NCBI RefSeq assembly: GCF_009914755.1
Contig: NC_060947.1
DNA from: the human T2T-CHM13v2.0 reference genome, Homo sapiens
DNA: 64,000 bases
Reading direction: 5' to 3' (one strand)
Shown here one piece after another: positions 26,821-43,600 of the stretch. The notes under the pieces are model-generated. The model ran no database searches and was not told the origin of the DNA. It saw only the letters and a program-made list of their open reading frames with translations. Positions within the stretch are counted from its first letter, which is position 1. Every line of letters begins with the position of its first letter. The position numbers were made by a program, and so were the translations under genes.

Positions 26821-27989
26821 ATGCTTAGTAAAATAGTTCTTCCATTTTTTTTTTTTTTCCATTTAGGACCTTCCTTTTCTCCACTGGACTCAAACATGAT
26901 TCCACCTTTTCTCCACCTGACTCAAACATGATTCCACTAGGTCCTGGGCTAGGAGACAAAATTATTGAGCCAGACACCATGCTGTGTACTCAGAATTGGA
27001 ACTTCCCTCCCAAATATCCAAGGATAACTATCATTTTAATTGTCTAACTTGCCTTAAGATGAGTTCTCTCTCAGGGGCTTCTGGCAAGCTTGCCTTGCCA
27101 ATTCAGCTGACTTGCTCAACTTGTATAAATTAAAGAGGAAGATAATGCTTAGGCTCAAACTAAGACATTCCCCCTTCTACACTGCTCCATATCAGCAAGA
27201 CACATGCAAAACTACTTTCTACAACATTAAAGTACTATATATGTATATGTACATAAACATATATATTAGATATGATTTCTCTACTAAGCTACCTTTATAA
27301 ATCCTAAGATTTTGTTTTATTGATTCTGTTAGTGCTAGAGATACAGAGTGGTTAATAATGATTAAAAATCATGACCCAGTCATGAATTCTGAGATTCTCT
27401 TTGATTGACTATATAAGCTTTACTGTGTTGACTTCTCTAGAGCTATGATTTGCAATTCCAAAAGGAACGTGGTGAAGGAGGGATTGTTAACTGAAATTCA
27501 ACATTAAAATTATTTAAATATTTTATATATCAGTGTTTCCCTTATAAAAAATGCAGAAACCCGTTTTCTACGCCAGACCCAGTAAATCTGCTTTTTCATA
27601 AATTAGCACACTAAAAGTTGGACAGCCACTGGCATATATGGTATACTTCTGATTTTATTGAGAATAAACTATGATGTAAATGGAAGAAAATACAGATAAT
27701 TGTGTCAGAATTAAAAGGGTGAAAGCCTCATCCAAGCATATTTTTAAGTAAGCAACTAAAGATAGTCATACAAATTTTATAACATAAAATTTAGATTTCT
27801 TACAGCAAAGCAAGACCTTACACAAAATTAAAACCTAAGAGACAACTTAATAGAAATGTATTTTCCATGACTGATGTTATATAATACCTTACATTCCATA
27901 CTTTCAATATGAGTAAAATGCATCAGAAGTAAATTCAAAGTTCTCCTTTAGTAATGATCTCAAAAAAACGGTTGAGCCAGCCCTGTACC

Positions 27990-29900
<1,911 letters not shown>

Positions 29901-30976
29901 TAGAAAAGGACCAGAGACAACTCCTTCCCCCATTAGGAAACACTAATCTAAACAAATAATTATTTTTACAAATGAAGGATAATATTTTGCAGATAAATAG
30001 GAGGCAAATCCTGTGTTCTAACTCAGATTTGTTTGCATCAAATTCTGTGTTCTTCCCACTCTACCACACGGCCACCAATTTAGATAGTAGCTTTTCAGGG
30101 CTTAGGGCATCATTGATTTAGACTTGCTGAGTATGGTATTCTTGTTGGTTTGTGGATTTGAGTGAGTTTTCTCATTTTTATCTCAATCCAGGTAGAAATG
30201 TCTAGTAGGCAGTTAGATATGTGTTTGAAGTTTGGAAAAGAGATTAGAATGGAAATATCAATTTTGGCTTATGATACCAGGAACATAGCAAGTGGCCCAG
30301 GAGTATTTGTTGAATTAAATGAATGAATGAAGAATGCAATTGTATACTCTTCTATCCTTTTCTATGAATATGTATTTTTCAAACAGAAGTGGGATTCTAC
30401 TGAACACACTGGTTCATATCCTGTGTGTAAAAAAAATAAACTTTTTCTTTAAACTTTCTTTTTACCAAGATAATACCTGTTTCAGGAGAATGTTTACATA
30501 TTGAGGTAAGTGCCACCCGGTGATCAGAGTCAGGATTGTGGGTCAAACATGGCTAACAAAGGAGAGCAGGGAGGAGAGAAACTATGAGAGGAGAGCTGGT
30601 GGAGAGGCTTGATATTTGGGAAGGGAATGTCTCAACCCTGACTCACACTGGAACCACACAAGTATCAGGCTCTTCTTGGGGATTGAGGTGGCCCAAGAAG
30701 CAACATATAGTTAGGTGGTTTTTCCTTGTCTCAAGTCAAGATAAGCGTGTGCATCTATGTGTGCATATGTATGTGTGTTTAAGCTGAATTGTCTTATACT
30801 ATTTTCACTTTTTCTCTGATTGTAGAAGTTATATATTTCTACTAGAAAATATATGGAAATGCAGAAAAGTGTAAGAAGAAGATGCCTACAGTTCCCAATA
30901 TTGAGGAGCATGTACTTACATTGTGTGTGTATATCTCCTTTTATGTATTCAATCCATTTACTTTGTTATAAAGTAA

Positions 30977-31376
<400 letters not shown>

Positions 31377-32184
31377 CTATTTTCTTTATTCTCTTACTTT
31401 TATTTACATATGTGCCATGACATTCATCTGTATGAGTATTCCATCAACCACACTTCTTGATGGTGATGTCAATGATGAAAATAAAATTGTGCTCTTTGGT
31501 CTCAGGGACCTATGTCTGAGGGCCACATGTATGGATGGGCTCCCCAAAAAGCATAAGGCAAGGGAAAGATCACTGGCTTTGTTTGGAGTTGAGGAAAGAA
31601 ATTTAAAATGGTCAAGCACCTGCTTTGGGACAGATACTTCATACTTGGAGTTTCCTTTAATCCTTTTAACACTTTTAGGAAGGTATTGCTTATTATAGAT
31701 GAGAAAACTGAAGCCCCGAAAAGTTTAGGTGGCTTACACAGGGTCACACAGCCAGTCAATGGAGGAACTTTATTTGAACTCAAATTTGTCTGACTCTTAA
31801 GTCTGACCTTTTAACCATTATGCTTTGCTTGCTCCTAAAATTTCACACTTTCTCTCTCATTGCCAAATCTAGTGGCATTCATCTTTTAGATGTCAGAAAA
31901 TTTGTGAACACTCTGCTATTCTCATGCCCCACTGTTATAGGGTTTGAATTTTTATGCTACAAGCATGCTTCTGCAATCAGAAAAATTAATAAAGAATTAT
32001 CTTTCAAAATATTTAAAGTAAAAAATGTATCTCAAAGAATATTAAATGGCACATGAGAAACTGTAATGAAATATTTAAACATATATTATAGATTTAGACA
32101 TAATATCTTTTAAAAGTAAAAAACTCTGCTCACCCAATAGAAAATGGGCAAAGTACATGGAGCAGTAACTCACATAAGAAACTA

Positions 32185-32400
32185 TATACATACATATATA
32201 TACACACATATATATGTGTATATATATGTATATATGTATATATACACACATATATGTGTATATATGTATATATGTATATATATGTATATATACACACATA
32301 TATACTTATATACTATATGTTATAATAAAAACATATTAATAGATGCCATGTATACATATATAATATACTTACACATACATAAATATAAATACATATATAG
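32185..32400. repeat. (TA/CA/TG)n low-complexity repeat
   Basis: Visible directly. Confidence 0.9.
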
Positions 32401-33169
32401 TCATAGGCTCTAAATGACATTACGTAAATGGCATCCTATCCTATGTTTCATTCAGCAAAATGTTCTTTTTTTCATTCAATAGTATGTCCTGGAAATCTAT
32501 CCATATTATTACCTATAGATCTAGTTCATATGTAGCTGCTGCACCTATTGCAGACTCTGAACATACTGCAATGTATTCCCTAATTATAGAGATTTAGGTT
32601 TCCAGTGCTTTACTGTTATAAACACGCTGAAATGGCCTTTCTTGTTCATGCCTCCTTGTATATCTGTGTATTTCTTAGGATTGGTGACTAGAAGTGGAAT
32701 TGTTGGGTCATGAGGTGCATTTAGGGGCACTGCCAAACTGGCTTCTCTAATGGACATTTGTCATCTGAATTCTTGTGAGACTTTGACTGGTCTGGTCTAG
32801 TCAAGCCTTTGAGGCTAAGCCTGCATGCCTTTGCTGATGCTGCTACTTCTGTCTAGACTGCCCTTCCCTTCTCTGCTCAGCAAAATTCTATTAAATCATT
32901 AAAACTCAACTAAAGTACCACTTACTCTCAGATGAGTTAAGTGTTCTTTCCTGGTTCTCCTGAAGTATCCGGTGACTTAGACTTCATTATCATGTACTAA
33001 AACTATGTTTAAGCATGTATATCCTTTATAAGTTAATGAACTGCTCAAAGACATTTGTGGCTTATTCATCAGCATATACAGGACAAAGGACAGAACACTC
33101 ATTCAATATATGTTTGTTGAACCAAATATCAAGGACTGACTCATCTCCTCTGTTCCAACCTCTGTCACC

Positions 33170-33688
33170 CATACCTCAGACTGAGGTTGTTATTGGCCCT
33201 TTAAAGAGTACCTGAAGTGAAGACTAAGCTGTGACTGTGTTGGAGCACAGCAGGGAAGGCCAAAATAGAATGAGTTATGTGCTCTGAGCTTGTCTGGATT
33301 CTGGGAAATGCAGCAGCAGCCACAGTCTGCAGGTGGTCCCCATTCAGGCCAAATGGTGTTCATCCCTCCTCAGCATGGTGGGCACGATGGAATCATAGCT
33401 TCCTAGAGCTAGAAGGGACCTCATTCATGGTTCTACCACAGCCCTCGCCCCCACCATTTAGGGAGAAAAATGATGCAAATAGAGGCAAGGAGAGGGGTAG
33501 GAGGCTGCCACACCTCCAGAGCCTCCAGGGAGTGAATGACAGCATAAGTCTTGCCCAGACCCAAGCCTGGTACTGTCTCCCTTCAGCCCAGGTCTGGACC
33601 CACCTTCCCTGTCCTTGTGCGTTTCCAACAGCTTGAGTTGCTACCTGGCCTTTCCTCAGAGCCCCTTCCTTGTTACTCTGAGCATATA

Positions 33689-33727
<39 letters not shown>

Positions 33728-34320
33728 GGCCCCAGTTAGGATGAGGCCACAGGCAGAAACAGAAAAGAGGAGGCTCCTGTCATTGCTTTTCCTACTTGGG
33801 AATTTCCCCTGGGGCAGGGGTAGGGGAGGAGCCCATGAGAGTCACAGGCTGGACAGGGCCTGCTGCAGTCAACAGGTCCAGGTCTGAGAGCAGGTACTGC
33901 CATTAGTGCCATTAGGAAAGAATGCAGAGGCAGCAGCCACAGAGGGAACGTCTGGGCTGGAGAGGGCAGAACTCCTCAAGTCCAGGCAGACAGGGCCTGC
34001 AAAGTGAAACCAAGGGGACTCGCAAAGAAGGAGGGTTCTGTTCCTGCCACAGAAGTGCAGCCTCCCCAGCAACAGGAATCCCTGGAGAAGAAACCCACCC
34101 TGGGCTTTCTCAGATCCCCCAGAGAAAGGCCACACCCCCTGGATACTGTTGTCATGGCAGCAGCTGCCCAGTGCTAACTCCCTTCTCCCTTTCCTGCATG
34201 GCTGTCCTGCCTGCGTTCTGATACTTTCAGCTCCTGCTTCCTGAAAAGATCTGTGCTGCCCACCCTGGCAGTATGCAAACGTGGCTGGAGCCCACTTTCC
34301 TGGGAGCAGCTTTCAACAGG
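33170..34320 (+). repeat. Local duplication module A, copy 2
   Basis: See 19150-20250. Confidence 0.95.
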
Positions 34321-34599
34321 GGCCGAACCTTGAAACACATTCTGAATAACTTTAGAAGGTGCAACATTGAGAGCAAGGCCCTCCTGAATTATACAGGCTC
34401 ATTATGGAGTAAAATAAGAACAGCTGGGAATCCATAGATGTGGGTTCCAAGGCCAACCTTTTTCCTGCTAGATGAATTTAGCAGTTTATTTCATCTCTTT
34501 TTGTTTCTGTTTTCTCATCTGTAAATGAGTTCAACAGTAGATTTATAGAATTGTATCCTTATAGCACTTATGTATATATTTGTAAATTTTCAAAATCTA

Positions 34600-34988
<389 letters not shown>

Positions 34989-35869
34989 TGGCAAATATGC
35001 AATGCAAAGAATATATAAGAGATGACAGTGCAAGTGATTGAATGCAGCAATTCATTGTGTATCTTGTATGTCATTATGGTCTTAACATTCTTTCTGTGAC
35101 AGCACTGGGAATGTCTCTGCTCTGTGTTTATTCTACAGGGGAGACATTTTTTAATGCATGTCAGCTTAGGAGACTTTTGTGGACAAGGCTGGCTATAATC
35201 TTCTTCGGTAGGAAGGGAATTTTTCTACCTATGTTCAGTTTGGCAGAAGAAAAGTCCTTGTGTATTTATCCAAAGAACAAATGAAAAGAAATCGAGGAAC
35301 TTATAGCATAAGAGGACGTGTAAGAAAGGATAGGAGAAGAGGTCAAAGATATTCAAAGTGAAGGAGATCTGTATGTACTATATCAAGTGATGAAACCAGA
35401 CACAAACTACAAACAAATGGGTGTGTCATGTTCTGCAAGCATCCCTTTTTCACTAGCCTGAGCTATACTAGCTGGTTTTCTCCAGAAACATGATGATGTA
35501 AAGCCTGTGCTGTCATAGGGCTGGCTACTAACGGTTCTCAGAACCTGTGGTCTATTTTCATGCTCCTGAAATATCCCAAGGAGCAAAGCCTTTATGTGAT
35601 ATAGACCTTTATACTACCAGGCCTAGCAGAATTACTCATTCTAGGAGAATGGCACAGCAAGGGCACAGAAGGAAGTGTAAAGTATGTTTGAGTCACACTG
35701 ATGGTGGGGGTCTCTTTTAGCTGGAGCAGAGGAAAAATGAATGACAAAGCTTAGAATCTGTGATTCAGGCTGGATTCTGAAGAGCCCTAAATGCCAGGGC
35801 CTTTGAGAACAGGAGAATGACAAGGCAAAATCAGGAAATAAAGCAGACTAATTTGGTCATTTACTTGTT

Positions 35870-36165
35870 CTTTGATTTTTTTGTTGTTGTTGAGACAGGG
35901 TGTTATTCTGTCACCCAGACTGGAGTGCAGTGGTATGATCATGGTTCACTGCAGCCTCGACCTCCCAGGCTCAATCATCCTCTTGAGTAGCTGGGACTAC
36001 AAGCACATGCTTCCATGCCCAGCTAATTTTTGTATTTTTTGTAGAGATGGAATTTCGCCATGTAGCCCAGGCTGGTCTCAAATTCCTGGACTCAAATGAT
36101 CTGCTGGCCTTGGCTTCCCAAAGTGCTGGGATTACAGACTACAGACGTGAGCCACCACACCCAGT
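35870..36165 (-). mobile_element. AluJ
   Basis: Diverged reverse Alu. Confidence 0.85.
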
Positions 36166-36764
36166 CTGTTCTTTGAATTTTTCTCTAATAACTCCAGTCC
36201 ACACTAGACATTATCTTCTCCAAATTACTATTTACCTGGTAACAATCCCTACCTCACACACTGGTGAGGGGACATAAGGGTTAGCCAGTCAGCCCACATA
36301 AAGCGGCTGTCCCCATGTGCGGCACATGGCAGATACTCAGTAATGGTGAGATTCCCAGAGGTTTCTAGAGAACAAGTACTCTTACCTTGCGGTTGGCCTA
36401 TGTGTCTCTCCTAACCTGCCATACTTCAGTAGATATATGAGAAATCATTATGATTGCCTTTTATCGAGGGCCCAAGATGTGAATATCTATCATCTCCAAT
36501 TTAGGTAAATGCTAAAAATCTTAGTAGCAAAAATAATGTCAGGAAATTAATCATGTAACTTCTGTTAGAATTGTAAGCAGTAACTAATCCATGATTATAT
36601 ATGAGTGAGGTTAGGAGCTCATTAGCAGAATACGTTTGCATGAGAGAAGTGAAAAAGTGAATGGGTGGAGGCAATACAGAGGCGAATTCACCTTGAAGCT
36701 AATGACACTTAAGTTTCAAGTCCCCTTGATTTATATGGGCGTCATCTAAGGCCTCTAAGGAAGA

Positions 36765-37435
36765 TTGTGGTAGTCAAAATTTTAAGATGATCCCCTGTGA
36801 TCTTCACAGTTGTATAATTACCTCTTCTTGTTTAAAGATGAAACCTATGAGTATGATGAGATGTCACTCCTATGATTATATTACATTTTTTGGCAAAAGG
36901 GATTTTGCAGATGCAATCGAAGTCTCAAATCATTGAGTTAATCTAAAGGGCAATTACTAGATGGGTCTGCTCTGATCATGTTAGTCCTTAAATTGATTAG
37001 TTTTTCCTTAAGTCAGAGAGATTTGAAGCATAAAAGATTTTCATTGTGAGGGAGATTTTCCATTCTGGCTTTGAAGATAAAGATAAAGAGGCCATGTGTC
37101 AAGGAATGTGAGTGATATCTGGGGAATGAGAGTGGCACCTGGCAGATAGCCAGGAGGAACGTAGGAACTCAGTTCTACAACTCCAAAAAAAAAAAAAAAA
37201 ACCCTAAATTCTGCCACAACCATGTAAGCTTGGAAAAGGACCCCAAGCTCCAGATAAGACTGCAGCCTGATTGACACCTTTTCAATTTTAGCCTTACAAG
37301 ACCCTCAGCAGAGAACCCAGTCACACCATGCCTGGACTTCTAACTTACCCATCTGTGAGCCAAAATCTGTGAGTGGGTTATTTTAAGCCACTGAGTTTGT
37401 GGTATTTTGTTACATGGAAATAGAAAACTAATGTA
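36765..37435 (+). mobile_element. MLT1 (D/E-type) MaLR LTR
   Basis: tgtggtagtcaaaattttaagatgatcccc...tttgttacatggaaatagaaaactaat. Confidence 0.75.
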
Positions 37436-40301
37436 GAAGATATATGTCTCATATTTTTATTAGGTTAGTAACAGCAAGAATATTGATCAAAATTTGTCAA
37501 CCTCAAATAATGAGGTTTGTAAAATATGATTAAGTATAGAGTTTATTTGAGCCCAAAGCTTTAGGATGGCCACGTTGGAGCATAGATTTAAGGTGTCCTG
37601 AATATACACTTCAATTAACAGGAATGACAAGAAGATTTTTAAGGAAAAAAGAAGAGGCAGTTTGCAGAGAGCAAAGCAGTACAGGGCTCAGCTGGCATCT
37701 GCACGCAGAGGTAGCATTTGAACCAGTGCTAGCCAGAGGGGAATCACCTATCCCAGCAGTCAGAACTGAAGTTTTGGCAAGCCTCACCACCTTGGGCTAA
37801 AGTGCTCTAGGGTCCTAGGTAAATTTGAAAGGCAGTCTAGGACACAAGGATTACAATTTCTAGACAAGTCCTAGTGCTGTGCTGGGCTTAGAGCCAGTGG
37901 ACCAGGGCAACATAAGCCCTAAGGAGACACCAGCCAGAGCAGCTAGGGGAGTGTTTGCACCACCCCTCCCCTACCTCAGGTAGCTCAGCTTGCAGCAACG
38001 AAAGTGACTCCTTCTTTTCTGTTTGAATAAAAGAGAGTGAAAAGTAAAGAAGACTTTGTCTTCTGTATTGGATACCAGCTCAGTCACAATAGGACAGGGC
38101 ACTGGACAGAGTCATGAGGCACCTATTCCATGCCCTAGCTCCAAAATGACATTTCTAGACGTATCCTTGGCCATAAAAGAACCTGCTCCCTTGAAGGGAA
38201 GGGCCCAATCCTGGCAGAATCCATCACCTGCTGACTAAAGAGCCCTTGGGCCCTTAATAGCCAACAGTGATACTCAGGTTGTATGCTGTGGGTCTTGGGT
38301 GAGACTCTGAGATGTGCTGGCCTCAAATTAAATTCAGCACATTCCATGCTGTGGTGACTACCATGAAAGACTCCTTCTGCTTCAGAAAAGCCGACGGAAA
38401 TGTAAACAGGACTTTGCTTTGCACCTTACATACAAGCTCGGCCACAGTGGGATAGAGCACAAAGCAGACTTTTGGGGTCCCCAAGTCCAGACCTAGGCTC
38501 CTGGGACAGCATTTATGGACCTGCCCTGGGCCAGAGTGGAGCACACTGTCCTAAAGGGTGAGTCACAGACCTGGCAGCATTCACCAGAAGCTAAATGAAG
38601 AGCCCTTGAACTTTAAGTGAACATTGGTGGTGGTCTAGCAGAATTCCCCAGGGGCTGGTGGTGCTGGTGGCCACTGGGAGAGGGTCCTTTAGCTGCAGAA
38701 AGGGGAGAGAAAAGTGGTATGGACTTTGTCTTGTGGTTTGAAGGCAGGCTTACCCACAGTACAGTAGAGCACCAGGTAAATTTCTAAGGTTTTTTATTCC
38801 AATCCCTGGCTCCCAGACATCATCTCTGGACCTGCCTGGGGCCTGGAGGGAACTCATCACCCTGAAGGGAAGGACACAAACTTGGCTGGATTCTCCACCT
38901 GCTGATTGTAGATCCCTAAGGCCTTGAGTAAACATAGGCACTAGTCAGGTAGTGATCACAATGGGCCTTCAGTGAGACCCAGTGCTTCAGGTCTGACCCA
39001 GTACAGTCCCAGTGGTGGTGGCTACAGGGGAGCATGTATCATCCCACCCCCAGCTCTAGGTGGATTAGCACAAAGAGAAAGACTGTTTGTTTGGGACAAA
39101 GTAAGGGAAAAGAACAAGATCCTCAGCATGGTAATCCAGAGAATTCTTCCAGATCTTATCCAAGATCACCAAGGTAGTATCTGTAAAAGTCTGCAAAAAC
39201 CACAGCATTATTGGGCTCAGGGCCTAAGTCCCTTCAAATACCTGGAAAGCCTTCCCAAGAAAGACAGGTGCAAACAAACCCAGACTGTGAAGACTACAAC
39301 AAAAACCTATCTCTATGATTCCCAGACATCACCAAACAACCACAAGCACCAAGATCATCCAGGAAAACATGACCTCACTCAACTAAATACGGCACCAAGG
39401 ACCTATACTGGAGAAACAGAGATATGTGACCTCTCAGAAAGAGAATTCAAAATAGCTGTATTCAGGAAACTCAAAAAAATTCAAGATAGCACAGAGAAGG
39501 AATTCAGAATTCTATCACATACATTTAACAAAGACAGTAAAATAATTTAAAAGAATAAAGCAGACATTCTAGAGTTGAAAAATGCAATTGACATATTGAA
39601 GAACGCATCAGAGTATTTTAATAGCAGAATTGATCAAGCAGAAGAATTAGTGAGCTTCAGTACAGGCTATTTGAAAATACACAGAGGAGACAAAAGAAAA
39701 AAGAATAAAAAAAGAATGAAGAATGCCTTCAAGATCTAAAAAATAGAAATTTGCCCTCAAAATGGCAAATCTAAGAGTTAGTGGCCTTAAAGAGGAGGTA
39801 GAGAAAGAGATAGGGGTAGAAAGCTTATTCAAAGGGATAATAACAGAGAAAATCCCAAACCTAGAGAAAGATATTAACATTCAAGTACAAGAAGGCTGTA
39901 GAACACCAATCAGATTTAACCTAAAGATGACTACTTCAAGGCATTTGATAATCAAACTCCCATAGGTCAAGGATAAAGAAAGGATTTTAAAAGTAGCAAG
40001 AGAAAAGAAACAAATAACATCCAATGGAGCTTCTATACATCTGGCACCAGACTTTTCAGTGGAAACCTTACAGGCCAGGAGAGATGCATAACATACTTAA
40101 AGTGCTGAAGGAAAAACCTTTTTACTCTAGAATAGTATATTCAGCAAAAATATCCTTCAAGTATGAAGGAGAAACAAAGACTTTCCCAGACAATCCAAAG
40201 CTGAGGGATGTCACAAACACCAGACCTGTTCTACAAGAAATGCTAAAGGGAGTTCTTCAATCCGAAAGAAAGGGATGTTAACAAGCAATAAGAAATAATC
40301 T

Positions 40302-40605
40302 GGGTTGGGTGCATTGGCTCACACCTGTAATCCCAGCACTTTGGAAGGCCAAGGCAGGAGAATTGTTTGAGCCCAGGAACTTGAGGCAAGCTTGTGCAAC
40401 ATAGCAAGACCCCATCTCTACGAAAAATTTAAAAATTAAGCAGGTGTATTGGCACATGCCTATAGTTTTAGTTAGTTGGGAGGCTGAAGCAGGAGGATCA
40501 CTTGAGCCCAGGAGGGCATGGCTGCAGTGAGCCATGATCAAACCACACTCCAGCCTGGGCGACAGAGCAAGACCTTGTCTTGAAAAAACATAACAAAGGA
40601 AAAGA
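40302..40605 (+). mobile_element. AluJ inside L1
   Basis: gggttgggtgcattggctcacacctgtaatccc...; flanks share aataatctg. Confidence 0.88.
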
Positions 40606-43600
40606 AAATCAATAATCTGAAGGTACAAAACTCACTGGTAATAGCAAGCACATAGAAAAACACGGAATATTATAACACTGTAATTGTGATGTATAACCTA
40701 CTCTTCTCTTAAATACAAAGACTAAATGATGAACCAGTCAAAAATAATAATTAAAACAACTTTAAAAGGCATAGACAGTACAATAAGACATAAAGATAAA
40801 TAATTAAAAGATAAAAAGAAGGGAAATGAAGGAAGTTAAAGTGTAGAGTTTTTATTATTTTCCTTTTTTTCTTTGTTTGTTTCTTTGTTTATGCAATTGG
40901 TGTTAAGTTGTCATCAGTTTAAAATAATGGGTTATAAGATAGTATTGGCAAGTTTCATGGTAACCTCAAGTCAAAAATGGATACACAAAAAATAAAAAGC
41001 AAGAAATTAAACCATACCACCAGAGAAAATTACCTTCATTAAAACAAAGACAGGAAGGAAGGAAACAAGGAATAGAAGATGACAAAACAAGCAGAAAACA
41101 AATAACAAAATGGCAGGAGTAAGTCCTTACTTATCAATAATAGCATTGAATGTAAATGGCTGAATGAATTAAAAATCAAGACCCAATGACCTGTTGCCTA
41201 GAAGAAACACACTTCACCTATAAAGATACACATAGACTGAAAATAAAGAGACATAAAAAGATATTTCATGCCAATGGAAACCAATAAAGAGGAGGAGTAG
41301 TTATATCAGACAAAATAGAATAAGACAAAAACAATAAGAGACAAAGAATGCCATTATATAATGATAAATCAAACTCCCAAAGGCCCCCTATAATGATAAA
41401 GGAGTCGATTCAGCAAAAGGATATAACAAGTATAAATATATATGCACCCAACACAGGAATACCCAGATATATAAAGCAAATATTATTAGAACTAAAGACA
41501 GATATAGACCTCAATACAATAATAGTTGGAGACTACAAACTCCACTTTCAGCATTGGACAGATCATCCAGACAGAAAACCAACAAAGAAACATTGGACTT
41601 AATCTGCAGTATAGAACAAATGAAACTAATAGATATTTACAGAAAATTTCATGCAACAACTGTAGACTACACTTTCTTTTTCTCAGTGCATAGATCATTC
41701 TCCAGGATAGGCCATATGTTAGGTCACAAAATAAGCCATAAAATATTCAAAAAAATTCAAATAACATCAAGCATCTTCTCTGAACAAAATAGAATAAAAC
41801 TAGAAATAAATAACAATAGGAATTTTAGAAACAATGCAAACATGGAAATTAAACAATAGGCTCCTGATGACCAGAAGAAATTAATAAGGAAATTGAAAAA
41901 TGTCTTTAAATAAATGATTCTGGAAACACAACATACCATAACCTATGGGATACAGTAAAAGCAGTACTAAGAAGGAAATTTATATCTCTAAGTGCCTACA
42001 TCAAAAAAGAAGAAAAACTTCAAATAAACAACCTAATGATGCATCTTAAAGAATTAGAAAAGCAAGAGCAAACCAAACCCAAAATTAGTATAAGAAATAA
42101 TAAACATCAGAGCAGAAATAAATGAAATTGAAATGAAGAATCTACAAAAGATCAATAAAAAAGTTATGTTTTTTGAAAAGATAAATAAAATTGACATACC
42201 TTTAGCCCAACCAAGAAAAAAAGAAAGAGATCCAAATGAATAAAATCAGAGATGAAAAAGGAAACATTATAACTGATACCACAGAAATTCAAGGGATCAT
42301 TAGTGGCTACTATGAGCACTTATATGACAATAAATTGGAAAATCCAGAGGAAATGGATAAATTCCTAGGAACATAAAACTTACCAAGAATGTACAAGGAA
42401 GGAATCCAAAACCTGAACAGACCAATAACAAACAATGAGATTGAAGCCATAATAAAAATTTTCCCAGTAAACAAAAGCCCAGGACCTCGTAGCTTCACTG
42501 CTGAATTCCTACCAAACATTTAAAGAAGAACTAACATCAATTCTACTTAAACTATTTCAAAAAACAGAGGAGGGGGCAGTACTCACAAATTCATTTCACA
42601 AGGCCAGCATTACCCTGATACCAAAACCAGACAAACATAGATCCAAAAATAAAAATAAAAATAAAAAAGCTAGAGGCCAATATCTGTGATGAATATTGAT
42701 GCAAAGATCCTCAACAAAACACCAGTAAAATGAATTCAACAACAGATTAAAAAATGATTAATCATGACCAAGTGAGATTTATCTCACAGATGCAAGCATG
42801 GTTCAACATATGTGAATTAATCAATGTGATGCATCATATCAACAGGATGAAGGATAAAAACCATATGATCATTTCAGTTGGTGCTGAAAAAGCATTTGAT
42901 ATAATCAACATCTCTTCATGATAAAAACCTTCAAAAAACTGAGTATAGAAGAAACATACCTCGATACAATTAAAGCCATATGTGACAGACCCACAGCTAG
43001 TATCATACTGAATGGGAAAAACTGGAAAGCCTTCCCTCTAAGATCTGGAACAAGAAAAGGATGCCCACTTTCACCATTGTTATTCAGCATAGTACTGTAA
43101 GTTTGAGCTAGAGCAATCAGAAAAGATAAAGAAATTAGCGGCATCCAAATTGGGAAGGAAAAAGTCAAATTATCCTTGTTTGTAGATATGATCTTATATT
43201 TGGAAAAACCTAAAGACACAACCAAAAAACTATAAAAACTGATAAATTAAATAAACTTGTAGGATATAAAATAAACACACAAAAATCAGAAGCATTTCTG
43301 TATGCCAACAGTGAACAATCTGAAAAAGAAATAAAAGAGTAATCCTGTTTACAGTACCCACAAATAAAATTAAATACATAGGAATAAACTTAACCAAAGA
43401 AATGAAAGATCTCTAAAATGAAAACTATAAAACACTGGTGAAAGACATTAAAGAGGACACCAAAAAATGGACAGACATTCCATGTACATGGATTGGAAGA
43501 ATCATGTCTACACCACTCAAATCCACATACAGATTCCATGCAACCCCTATCAAAATACCAATGACATTCTTCACAGAAATGGAAAGAACAATCCTAAAAT

